Origin: Camelus dromedarius
Taxonomy: Eukaryota
Direction of reading: 5' to 3'
DNA length: 64,000 nucleotides
NCBI RefSeq assembly: GCF_036321535.1
Contig: NC_087437.1
Span: 39,992,001 to 40,056,000, forward strand
In this document: positions 12,861 to 24,741 of the stretch, one piece after another
Layout: the number at the start of each line of letters is the position of its first letter
Position numbering within the stretch: position 1 is the stretch's first letter
The notes under the pieces: model-generated
The model's database searches: none
What the model was told of the DNA's origin: nothing
Seen by the model: the letters and a program-made list of their open reading frames with translations, nothing else
Position numbers and translations under genes: made by a program

Positions 12861-13699
12861 ACGGCAGAGAATGCTAGCTCATCGCTGAGGCAGTTTCTAC
12901 TTTTTTCTGTGCTCCTGGACTCGACTATATGCATTAGTTTGCTAGGGCTATGACAACAAAATAACTAAGACTGGGTGGCTTAAACAACAGAAATTTATTT
13001 TCTCACAGTTCTGGAGGCTGGAAGTCCAAGATCGAGGTGCCTGCAGGCTTAATTTCTCCCGAGGCCTCTCCTCGTGGCTTGCAGACGGCCACCTTCTTGC
13101 CGTGTCCTTACACAGCCTTTCCTCTGTGTGCATGCCTATCCCTGGTGTCCCTCTGTGTGTCCTAATCTCTTCTTATAAGGACACAGACTGAATTAGGATC
13201 CACTCTCACAGACTCGTTTTAACTTAATTACCTCCTTAAAGGCCCTCTCTCCGAATATAATCACATAAAGTCAGAACCTGTCTGAGGTACTGAGGGTTAG
13301 GACTTCAGCATATGAATCTGGGGACTCACAATCCCATCCATAACTCTACATTTCCCAGCATCCCTTGCAGTTAGGTAGAAACCAGTCACATGGCTCCAGT
13401 CACTGGGATCTGAGCAGAAGCAGTGAGTGCCATTTCCTGACCTGAGCTGTGAAAACCTTCACACATAATCCTCCATGCTGTTTCCCCAGCTGTTGGCAGG
13501 ATACTGACCCCAGAGATGACACTGGAAGCTACAAGGTGAAGATGCAAAGCCTCCAGTAGCCTGGGTACCTGAAAATAGAGGAGCAGAACTCCCACCCCGG
13601 ACCACTGACAGAGGTAAACATTGGACTATTGTATGAGAGAAAAATATACATGAGCTGAGATTTCTTTATTATAGCAGGAAGCCTATCTTAACCAACACA
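12861..13699 (+). mobile_element. Old MLT1 (MLT1J-like) LTR, interrupted by a younger MLT1A-like LTR
   Basis: The two halves rejoin as ...gacta|catttcccagcatcccttgcagttagg, a motif of old MLT1 LTRs; the element ends ...taaccaacaca. Confidence 0.75.
12930..13345 (-). mobile_element. MLT1A-like solo LTR with 5-bp TSD (ctata / ctaca)
   Basis: tgcattagtttgctagggct...ggcttaaacaacagaaatttattttctcacagttctggaggctggaagtccaagatc...ccataact; flanks at 12925-12929 and 13346-13350. Confidence 0.92.
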
Positions 13700-14529
13700 A
13701 CCTCCACAGTCCAGTCGAGTCTCTTCAGAGTTCCCTAGTAACTTTCTGTCATTCAAGCTGAAGTGTCTCTTTTTTATGATTTCCTACAGAATTATGGCTT
13801 TAACTATTTTTTGATACTCCTCATTTCCTAATTTCTTTACTCTCATCCAAATATATAGAGCCCTAAACCAGACAGAAACCTCTTAAAGCAAGTTTTCACC
13901 GTAGCACATTGGCACATCACAGACTCGGGTCTTAAACATACCATTTATCATGAGATAATACAAAGACATAAAAACTGAAGATTCCCAATATTCTTAAACC
14001 CAAGGTTCAACCTCACACACAAAAAAATCAGCCTTTATGGGCCAACTCTTAATTGCCAACTGCTACTGTGGTTCATATTCTAAAAATAACAGGGCACCAA
14101 AGAGCAGCTCACCGGGCCAAATCTGGGCTGCAGTGCTCCCTGGACCAGGAATAACAAACAAGGTGAAGGAGGTGATGGGGGGTGGGTACCATTTTTCACT
14201 GTGGTGATCCCAAGAGCAATGGGGAATCCAAAAATAAACATTGGTTGACTCCAGTGCCCTTGAACAAGTATGCAAAGTCACTGAATAACAGAGCCAGCTA
14301 ATCTCAATGCCAATCTAAACTCCATCTGAGCTGCTAATGCAGGTGGCCAGAACTTCAACTTCTAAATAAGTTTACCAGAAGAAATATGATGATTTCCTAT
14401 CATTTATATCAGTAACAGACGCATCTGACCAATTCTAAAGTGCCTAGGTTTTCTTTTAGGAGCCCAGAAACATAACTCAGAGCTTGAGCGATGAAATCCA
14501 AGCCTCAGCCTGCCTATTCCTCCCCTTCT

Positions 14530-14790
14530 TTCCTTCCTTCCTTCATTCATTCAGCATCATTATTCATGCCTCAGAGGTGCCAGGCACTCTGCTAAGGACT
14601 AGAGATAAATAAACTAGTCAAATCCAATCCTTTCTGTCAAGGATTTCACAGACTTGGATTTGGGGGAGGAACTGAGAAGGAAAGTACAAATAAAAATGTG
14701 ATCACTGTTATATTGGCATTACAAGGTGCTCTAGGAATGCAGAGAAGGGAATTATCAGTGGAAAATGGGGGTGCAAGTGAAAATACTGGC
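14530..14790 (-). mobile_element. L2 fragment
   Basis: ttcattcattcagcatcattattcatgcc...gtgccaggcactctgctaagg. Confidence 0.7.
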
Positions 14791-16074
14791 AGGACCCCCA
14801 AAAAGTATCTGCTTCACACAGTTCTTCTGCACTTTGTTCGAAAAGACAGCAGCTTTTATCCACATGGGACTGTAACAATGTAAAATAACTGCGCTGCAGA
14901 CTCAGAAGTTCAAGGGAAAAATCAAGTCTTAGAGTCAGAGGAGGAAGTCCTGGACATGTTCACTGCCCCTCCTAACCTGGTCTCCTGCCTGCGCCCCTAA
15001 TACTGACAAGAGTATGAAGCCAAGTCACTGCCTAGCCTGTGGCCATATATCGTACCCTGGGGGACCTGATGGGAGTGAAATTAGAGGGAGAGCTGCTGCT
15101 GATGATGAAAGAAATCTATAGACGATGACTTATATTGGCTTCTGACCCACTTTTAAGTCCTAAGAAAGTGTCTCCCAAGTTTCTGGGGCACTATTTCTCT
15201 CTGGTTTCCTCCAGCTTTCCCCAGCTAAATCTGCTCCGAAGATTCTCGCTGAAGTACAAACTCACAAATCCTTTAATGTGGTCCCTCTCCTAGGATATCT
15301 GATCTGGGGCTCCATGAATACCCTTCAGTATGTTGGATCACATTGTATAGAAGCAATTCATCACTTATCTCCTCTCAACTACACGCCAGCATCTTCACCC
15401 TTGCTGATTGACATTTCAAATTCCGTGGCACTTGATTGACCTCTGAAAACAGTGGGCTTATTTTTTAAAGAAAATGAAATAAGAGACAAAGTCATGAATA
15501 TCAGTGACCTAAACTATATATGCTTTTTGCTTTTTTCACTCTTTTAACTAGACTTACTTAAAGCAAATAAGTAAATCTTCCATAATCGTAAAAATGAAGA
15601 TATAGGTGGAATTCTTTTGGGTTAGTAAAATGACAGATTCTTCAAACCCCTTTCAGAGAGGTGACCCTGTCCCAGATTGAGAATGTCATGTTCATGAATG
15701 TCTTTTCTCCTTGTCACCTTCCTCAGATGGTCAATTAAAGCTACTAGTACTTTCTCCTATGACAAGGACACATATCCAGTGGGAACTGGACTGAAGCCAA
15801 CACATTAATTTCATGTAATTCAGCTGAATGATTTTATTTCCTCCCAAGGCTGACTTGGGGCTCACAGCCAGTGGATGGTGGCAGTGATGATGATGTTTCC
15901 AATAAGACCCTCCACTGGTCTGCTGGATTCGGGCTGGGGCAGATCCTTGAGTGACTTTGTCAGAGGTGAACTGAAGGTGAATTAAAGTTCCTATAATGAA
16001 AACAGTCCAAGAAGATCTTCAGAATATTTTAAGTCGTGGGATAACTAAACCAAATTAGCATCATCAAAGGGACA

Positions 16075-16542
16075 GTTGGGCCAGACTCAAAGTTAGCCCT
16101 GGGGCATCCCTCCCTCCTGGTGTTCATGCCCTGGTATAGTCCCCTCTTGTTGAGGGTGGACTACACTCAATGACTTGCTTCTAAGAAATAGAATAAGAAG
16201 TGACAGTATGTAAGTCAGAGACAAGGCCACAACGGGCAGCGTGTGTCACCTCCATCACTCCCTCTTGGGGAAGCCAAGTGCCATGGTGTGAACAACCCTA
16301 AGGAGAGGACCGAGTAGCAAGGACCTGACGGCCCCTGACAACAGACCTCATGAAGCGCTTGTAAACAGACAATCCCCAGCCTTCAGATGACTGCAGGGCA
16401 ACTTCTGCCCACAGCCTCCTGGGAGACCCTGAGCCAGAACTACCCAGCTATGTCCCACAGAAACTAGTAGAGATAATAAATGTTTGCTGGTTTACGCTGC
16501 TAAATGTGGGGGAAATGTTGCTACACAGCAATAAATAATACA
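16075..16542 (+). mobile_element. MLT1 (MLT1F-like) solo LTR
   Basis: cctcctggtgttcatgccctggtatagtcccctc...ccttcagatgactgcag...gagaccctgagccagaactacccagcta...gagataataaatgtttg...cagcaataaataataca. Confidence 0.88.
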
Positions 16543-18490
16543 GGGGTGACAGCATGTCCACCTCCAGACCATAGTGTGAGGGGTACTAAGAATGCACCCA
16601 CATCCGTGCAGTTACCTCCCCTATTGTGTCCCTCAGGCCTGGATTCCCTCAATGCGATCTTAAATGTGCAGGCAGTTCTTCACAGAGCGGGCACTGAGTG
16701 CCCTCTGTGTGCAGCCAGGATACCCAGTGTCAGGGATAGCTAGGTGCTTTTTCCCTTCTGGAAACCTTGTTTTCCTTCTTCAGAACAAGCCTTGTCAAAA
16801 ACAGTTTTTAAGGCCACTAAAAATTGAGGTCAACCATCGAACCCCAATCCCAGCTAGGAATCAGATGTCTCCCCTTATGAAGGGAAAACAGGGGCCAAAG
16901 TGGAACTTCATGGAATGTGGTCACCCTCCCTGTAGTTTAAATAGAAGCATTCCAAGCTGCCCTCTTAAAATTAAGTGCTCTCACAAAGCAGACACTGGAG
17001 CATAAAATACCTTTTTACTTCATCAATTTGAATACCAGAGATTTGCCTTAAAGGGCCAGGCAACCTGAAGCTTTTCAACATAAAAAAGGCACCAGATTAC
17101 TGGAAGTAGATAATATTTCATCTTAAACATCAGGTATATTGTCCTCACTATCCGGGATTCTCGCAGGATTAGCAGTAAATAGTGCCTATTGTTATAGTAA
17201 TGATAAACCATTTGCATGTCATTTACATTTCACCCAGGTAGTGCTAATTCCTCAGTTTACTTTAACAGCCAACAGGTTCCCTACTCACTAAAGTAAAATG
17301 CAGGAAACACATTTTCTTTAATCCAGCCGGTCAAACCAAATGCTTGTGTGTATTTTTTCCCACCATTATTCTCATCATGGGGCTTCTAGGACAATATACT
17401 ATTTTTGACACAGAAATATTAACCAGGAAAGCTTTCAGTTAGTCAAATGTAAAAACAAAGAGACATACTTAAGGTTTGGCTTGGCTGTTGTGAAATGAAG
17501 TCATAAACTGGTCATGCAAATACACATTTTCCATAACAGGATTTTTTAAAAGATTTTTTAAAAAATAATTCATACCTTTGTTGATTCCACATGTGCCATG
17601 TGCAATTTAACATCAGAAAATAATCACTCCAAATGGTTCTCCCTGCTATGATTCACCACGGTGAATGATTCTGCCACTCACAGCAAATCAGAGAATGGTT
17701 CAGAATGGCTTATTTTCCTGCTCCAATAAACTATGACTAGGCATTCAGCAGATTTTTCTTTTGTTTCTTATTATTTTGCAGAATCGAAAAAGACATATGA
17801 AAAAATGAAAGAAATAACTGAATGGGCCACTGCTTTCAAAAACTTATTTAATCTTGCTTATTTTTGTCAACCCCATTATAATTCACCTCCGTTCTCCTGT
17901 TTTTCTGATGTGTTTTCCATATCACGGAACCCTCACCACTGATGCCCGTTCTCTTTTGGATCTCAAGGCAGGGTTTACCTTTTCACATAAAACTCTGAGT
18001 GCCCACTGCTAAAATGGATGCCTGTGATAAAATTAAAGTATTTCATTGGCTTTTTCTTCTGGAAATAATTGGCAGAAATCTCCTTTGTTGCATTAATTTG
18101 GTATCATTAAATCTATCCAGTAAGTATCTCAACACCCACTTAGCCATTCTGGGTCCCAGCCCAGAAAGTTGACTTACATGAAATAACAATGAGGCCCTTT
18201 GGCAGTTTTCAACATACAGCTTTGACTAATAGATTTTTTAATGCTTTTCCTAATTCAGTAGCCTAAAGTTAATAACTACTAAGAAACAACTGCCACGATT
18301 CCCTTTCCCCTCCTACTCTCATCCTTAGAACTCCAGGAATCAGCCATAAGAAGTATTCAACTTGCCAATGCTTAAACCTAGGGGGAAAGAGCATCCAGTG
18401 TCCCTCCCAACCTTAAACTCCCAGAAAAAAAAAAAAAAGTGAATGCCAACATAGAGAGGTATTAATACCCTACAATCCTCAATCCAAAAC

Positions 18491-18556
18491 ATCTCTCTCT
18501 CTGTCTCTCCGTCTCTGTCTCTCATAAACAAACACACACATACACACACACATACA

Positions 18557-18606
<50 letters not shown>
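18491..18606. repeat. (TC)n followed by an imperfect then perfect (CA)n microsatellite
   Basis: Read directly. It is the source of the spurious CVCVCV ORFs. Confidence 0.95.
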
Positions 18607-18608
<2 letters not shown>

Positions 18609-19099
18609 GTAAGCATATTACCTAGAGCTTCCAAAGCTAGGAATGCCAATATTCCACCCACAGGAGCTAAGTTAAAAGGAAAAAGACATTGTATTGTCTA
18701 AGCTGTAGTTACACAAGGTACATTTTGCCTAGTAATAATGTTATAAATGAAGACTATCAGTTTAGCTATTTAACTGGCATCACCTTCCATATGCCCTACA
18801 TGCTGGAGGGAACAGATATGAATAGGCTAACGGACTCCAAATTATCCATCATTTGTGAGCATATCCATCACTTATATACAGATATAGATATCAATTATAG
18901 CTATTCTACTGGAATGTGTACTCACAAAAATAAAAAGTAGAAGAAATATATGCATAGCCATTCAGTGTATGCCTACTACACCCCAGGAAGTCACCTACTT
19001 ATCTCCTGGGGTTCATAATCCCCACTTGGAAGTCCCAGTGTTATTCTGCTGCTCTGCCTTTTGATACTTATTTGTCTGGTGGGCAAACACAATATAGCT

Positions 19100-19265
19100 A
19101 CTACTTTCATATGGCATTTTATAGTTCATAAAACATTTTCATATAATTATCTCAGATAATCCTCACAAAAAATCTTACTTCATCCATAGACTATGAATTT
19201 AATAACACGAGGGCCCCAATATCACACAATAGGTTCTAACTAAGCTAGATTTGAAACCAGGGCTA
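19100..19265 (-). mobile_element. MIR fragment
   Basis: atatggcattttatagttcataaaacattttcatatataattatctcagataatcctcacaa...gatttgaaaccagg. Confidence 0.65.
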
Positions 19266-19269
19266 CATT

Positions 19270-19430
19270 ACAGATATATGACAGATTAAATGGGCTTTTA
19301 TGTACCAGTCTGGAAACCATACCACCACTTACAATATTGCTTCTAAGTGGAAATGCTTTCTGAGTTCTAATTAACTGACTTGTAAAGGAACTTTTGGAAT
19401 ATAATGTGATGGTAAATTAAAGATTACATG
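19270..19430. mobile_element. Tigger15a-like (TcMar-Tigger) fragment
   Basis: accaccacttacaatattgcttctaagtggaaatgctttctgagttc...actgacttgtaaaggaacttttggaa resembles Tigger15a as remembered. Confidence 0.55.
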
Positions 19431-19964
19431 TATTACATATTTCCAAATAAATGCTTTTTTTCATACAGGATAACCTGACCCTTCTATTCTGCCTCAATGC
19501 CAAAGAGTAAATCACACAAACATAAAAGCCCTTCCAAGCCGTGAGGAGATGCCCATGTTCTAGAGACCATCAGCCAGAGCATCTCTGCCTCTAGATAATC
19601 CCTTTACTTGTATATCCAATTCCGTGTCCTAAAATAAACAGACTGCTTTCCTTGATCAGCATTTAAGAATCAATAAAAATTCATTTATCGTATTAACCTT
19701 GATAAGAATTAAGTTTTAGCACTGGAAAATTCTTTTTTTTTTTTTCAAAACCAAATTGTTGCAAAAGTAGGATGGAAAATATCTGTGCTGAATGGTGCAT
19801 TGGGTCAGAAGGGTGGCTAGAGAAACCAAAGTCTTTTGAGTTTTCTCTCTGCCAAGGAAGGTGAGTCAGACACTTAGACTTCTGCCGGGCTCCCTTGAGT
19901 CTTCTTGAACCTTGTTTTCTTTAGATTGTCAGCACTGATTAAATAATATTTTTGTAATGCATTT

Positions 19965-21345
19965 TACTTTTAAAAAATGCATATCCTCTTTGACCCAGTA
20001 ACCTGACTCCTGTGAATCTATTCTAAGAAAATAATATAAAGTATCAAAAACTTTTTAGGCATAAGTACTCATCATAATGTTATTTATAAAATGAAAAAAT
20101 AAAAAGCAACCTGAATGTCCAACAATAAGGAAATGACAGATACATTAAATGATACGTCATGCAGCTAGTTAAAATGATGGCTACAAAAACCACACAACCG
20201 CATTAAAAAAAAAAAGTTTATGATAATTAACCGAGAAATACAGAGTATAGGCTACATACACACTGTGATTAACAGAGTAGCAGTAAATTGAACAAAATAA
20301 TCAATAATTTTGGTTAGAAGTAGTGGAATTAATGGTGACTTCTTTCTTTTCTATATTTTCTAATTTTCTCTGGTGTAGGTACATTAATTTTTATAATAAG
20401 AGGGAGGTTTTCTAAAAACCATCAAATAATTTATAAAAATCCTCACAGACCAATAAGAAAAACACAAATAACTCTAATTCTTGAAAAGAAAAATATGTAC
20501 AGATAATTCAGAAAAAGAAACCTAAAGAGCAAAAAAATGAGGGAAATGTTCAGTCTTCACTAATAATCAGAGAAAATTAAAGTAAAATAACAAAATATAA
20601 TTCTACATCGTAAAAATAAAAAAGATAAAAAGTGTAGTTTTATACATTTTGTTGTGAGGATGTGTGAATGTTGGAACTTTCATACACAACTGGTAAAAGT
20701 AAAAATTGGTACAATCATTTTAGAGAGCAACCTGAAAACATCTAATAAAATTGGAAAATGTGATATATATTTAAACTACACACATGCATATAAAAACTAC
20801 AAAAATGTTCACTGTTCATAATAGTGAAAAATTAAAGAGAACTCACATCTCCACCAATGAGGAAAGAGATAAATTGTGCTATTTTCGTATGACAGGATAT
20901 TACAAAGCAATAAAAATGAATGGATTTGATCTATCCGGAACACCATAGATAAATCACAAAAGCATAATATTGGGTGAGGAAAGGAGCTCAGGATAATATA
21001 AACAGTTGGTTCCATTTAAGTAAACTTTTAAAACATGCAAAACAATGGGATATTATAGCCTCATACAGGGTAGCAATAGTATAAAAATGTGTGTGGGATA
21101 GCTAAACACCAAACTCAGGACAATGACAACACTGGAAAGAAAAACGAATGGGATTGGGGCTGGGATTCCAGAAGACCCCATTCTAATCCATAATGGTCAT
21201 TAAAAAATAAAAAGAAGAAGAAAGAGAAGAACTTGAAACAATATTAGCAAAGTATTATTAGAGACAGCTGGATGCGTAGCTGCAGATACATAGGTATCCA
21301 TTATTTTGTCTTTTTTTACTTAATATTTACCATAGAATATTGTAA
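19965..21345 (+). mobile_element. Ancient L1ME-type fragments (two adjacent pieces)
   Basis: cctctttgacccagtaacctgactcctgtgaatctattctaagaaaataat; cactaataatcagagaaaattaaagtaaaataacaa; tggtaaaagtaaaaattggtacaatcattttagagagcaac. Confidence 0.8.
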
Positions 21346-23313
21346 AGTAACAATGAGCACCTAAAACTGACCCTTTTCATTCAAAAGAATGAGAACTGCC
21401 TTGCAAGGGTCCAAAATATCTTAGCACTGAAGGAAATAAACAGGGCTTGGCACCGACAAGGACTCAGAGGATGACCCAGCTAAGGAAAACATTTTGCAGG
21501 CTCTCAGGTGCTGTCTCCGCTTGCTCTGTGGAGTCAGGCACGTTCGAAATGTTTCTCCTGCCTTTATATTTATCTGGGGAAGCAGGGCAAGGGACAACCC
21601 ACCAGAAAAGACTGTAGTTAACTGTGCTAGGGGAGGTGATTCTCCAAAACACTAAGGCTGTATGAAGTGCTTTGGTGTTACAGCTTGGTGTGGCTGTTTA
21701 GCTGTATAGCATCATCAGTCTGGTACTTTAAGCTATCTAAATCCCAAGGACACTGACTTGTCCAACCCAGAGAGGCTTGGAGACTCCCAGTGCCTCCAGA
21801 AACCCCAAAGTTCTCCAGAAAGGAGCTGTGCATGGACGGACCAGGCGCTTTCATGTCCTGAAAGGCCTCCTTCGTCACCCTGGGAGCTGTGCTTATCCCA
21901 CAGGCCTGCAGTTAAGGAAGAAGAGACCACTGCTTAGAAAGGGCCCAGATTCTAAGTCTGACTTTCTTAGAGGCAAATGATTATTCTTTTGTTCCAGCAG
22001 AGGGGGCACCTGGCAGATAAATCAGAATCTGAAGGTAACCAGCACAGGAGCCGTCCCGGCACACCAGCCCTGCCCTGGCAGACAGCTCTGTCAGTCGAGC
22101 AAGTAGTCCTGGTGGGTGACCAGGTTCACCAGGCCTAATTCACTTGCTCAGGACAACGCTACCACCATGTGCAAGGGCAACTGGTCACTTTGTCTCAACA
22201 TCAAAGCAGCAGGTGATCCATTCAAACTAAAAATCTGAGTAACAGAAGACTAAGGTACTGACATAGCCCATGTTTTGAGCTACCACTCCCTTGAAAAAAT
22301 CTTTCCAGAACAAGTAGCCTAAAAATGGTCAAGGCAAATTAAGTCCAAAATGTGTGCTGTCTGACTTCTTGGCCATCTAGTCTGCCTCTGGAGGCACATT
22401 TGGAAAGTGGAGCAAATCATACTGAAGGATGGTGTCCCCCACTTCCTGATTATTTCAGGACTGCTCAGAATTCACCTTACAAGTCATTCTTCATTCAGGG
22501 CAGTTGATTAGTTCCCTTGTGGAGGGTACTAGACAGGACAATGTGTGGACAGCAGATGGTAATTCACATACTCCTCTGCTAAGAGTCACAGGTGTTTTTA
22601 GGATAGAATGAAAGAAAAGGAGGCTGTCAGTTCTCAAAACTTCCTTCTGTCATAAGACTAACTAGAATTACTCGAAGTTATCACAATCATTCTAGAAAAG
22701 TCAAGTACATATGCTCTTCCAGGCATTCAGATGCTTCTTCCTCTTTCTTTCAACCTCCCTTCCATCTTTGGAGGGGCTCTGAAAAACAAGACTGGCCAAG
22801 AGCTGTAAAACCAAAGTTGTTCACTTAAAATTGGTGACCAGAATGTATTAAAATGTCTTATCAGGAATGAGCTCTTTGATGATTTCACAGAAAAAGAAAT
22901 GCAGCTTTTTCCAATAAAAGGAAGTAACTGGTAGCATTAGAAAAATTGAAGAAAAGCTGTGGAGTCAAGTGCACTGATGCTAGCCACAAGGTATTTAATT
23001 AAAAAAAAAAAAAAAAGAAAAAGCTGATTTCAATTGCTAAGGCAACCTAAACATACAAGAAATCTACTGGTGTGCATGAAACAGAATGTTGTATACATAA
23101 AACAACCAAGATTCACCAATACTTGAGTCAAACATTGAGAAAACAAGTCTTGAGCTTAATTTCCTAGTCTATGCTTACCTAAAATTAACATAGCAAAGAA
23201 TTATAATACAGGAAAAAACAGTCAAAATTCTGTTAAAGAATAATAAAGCACTTATACTTATTGGGACAAAAAACTATCTCAATAAGCATCTTTATATTGA
23301 GATATAAAACTAA

Positions 23314-23400
23314 ATATATATATACGTGTATATATATATATATATATATTTCTCACACATAAATAGGCTATATATTTCTCACATATAAATAGGGTATATA
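23314..23400. repeat. (TA)n tract plus a 26-bp tandem duplication (23343-23368 / 23369-23394)
   Basis: tatatatttctcacacataaataggc followed by tatatatttctcacatataaataggg. Confidence 0.85.
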
Positions 23401-23550
23401 AATGAGAAACTCTATTATATATTTAAAATCCCATAATTCAGTTTTCCACAGTAGGTCTTAGGTTAACCAAATGGAGATAACAATAATTCAGGTGCCCAAA
23501 AAAAATACTTTAGCAAGAGCCATTTACATTAAAAAGAGTATTGCCAAAGT

Positions 23551-24204
23551 CATATATCCAGAAGGAACTCTACTTCAAAAAGGCACCTGCACCCCAATGT
23601 TCATAGCATTATTTACAATAGCCAAGACAAGGAAACAGCCTAAATGTCCATCAACAGATGACCGGATAAAGAAGATGTGGTATATTTATACAATGGAATA
23701 CAATTCAGCCATAAAAACCGACAACATAATGCCATTTGCAGCAACATGGATGTTCCTGGAGAATGTCATTCTAAGTGAAGTAAGCCAGAAAGAGAAAGAA
23801 AAATACCATATGAGGTCTCTCATATGTGGAATCTAAAAAAAAAAAAGAACATATATACAAAACAGAAACAGAGTCATAGACATAGAATACAAACTTGTGG
23901 TTGCCAAGGGGGCAGGGGGTGGGAAGGGACAGACTGGGATTTCAAAATGTAGAACAGATAAACAAGATTATACTGTATAGCACAGGGAAATATATATAAG
24001 ATCTTGTGGTAGCTCACAGCAAAAAAAAATGTGACAATGAATATATGTATGTTCATGTATAACTGAAAAATTGTGCTCTACACTGGAATTTGACACAAAA
24101 TTGGAAAATTACCATAACTCAAGTAAAAAAATTTTAAAACAAAGAAAAGAAAAATAAATCTATATCAAACTAAAAACAAAAAAAGAAAAGAAAAAAAAAG
24201 AAAA
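23551..24204 (+). mobile_element. Young 5'-truncated L1 (ORF2 C-terminus, 3' UTR and A-rich tail), camelid-like
   Basis: Open ORF2 tail IYPEGTLLQKGTCTPMFIALFTIAKTRKQPKCPSTDDRIKKMWYIYTMEY...YHMRSLICGI* ending at 23836. G-rich 3' UTR; TT|AAAAA endonuclease site at the left flank. Confidence 0.96.
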
Positions 24205-24490
24205 CCTTAGCTTGTAAAAACTACTATAAATTAAGCTCCAAGACTTAGCCATGAGCTTCCTGGCAACATGACTTTCATCACCTGCTAAACAAGGACTCAT
24301 TTGTTTTTTATTCTATATACATATTTACATATATATGCTTCCATAAGAAGACAAAGTAATGGCAAAAGCATGAGCTTTTCACATGTCTTAAAATTGTATT
24401 CCTTACTTAGTGTCAACATTACATTTCTTAATAAATTTAAATTCTCTTATTAAAAAATAATAAATAAATACATAAATACATAAATAAAAT
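24205..24490 (+). other. L1 3'-transduced segment (unique sequence, AATAAA at 24430-24435, second A-rich tail at 24452-24490)
   Basis: Lies between the L1 tail and the right TSD copy (24491-24510), which matches the left copy (23531-23550) at 19/20 nt. Confidence 0.88.
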
Positions 24491-24700
24491 AAAAAGAGTA
24501 TTGCCCAAGTAAGTCAAGTTTTCTGTTTCAATTATCAGATTAATTGCCAAAAACCCCACTTTTCTTTTCCTGTGAAAAATAAGAGGTTTGCTATAATAAG
24601 GTTTGATATAAAGAAGTCACTTCCCTACATCTGAATTTCACCTCATTTAAAAATCATAACCCTTCAGGTGTCCAAACCAACCCTGGAAATGGTACCTGGA

Positions 24701-24703
<3 letters not shown>

Positions 24704-24738
<35 letters not shown>
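24704..24738. repeat. (CA)n microsatellite
   Basis: Read directly. Confidence 0.95.

Positions 24739-24741
<3 letters not shown>

Noticed and set aside
17760..17942. Strong plus-strand acceptor (tttcttattattttgcag) followed by an open frame ESKKTYEKMKEITEW...
   Set aside because: No matching donor, unrecognised peptide, and opposite to the inferred transcription direction.
18340..18661. ORFs with CVCVCV runs (also 40864-41085 and 1584-1799)
   Set aside because: Translations of (CA)n/(TG)n microsatellites.
21994..22010. CTCF-like CCAGCAGAGGGGGCAC
   Set aside because: Mismatch at a highly constrained core position; one weak motif is not enough.
23471..23836. 121-aa ORF starting in unique flank and running into L1 ORF2
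   Set aside because: An upstream ATG falls in frame across the TSD by chance. There is no promoter or splice evidence; the homologous part is only the truncated L1.
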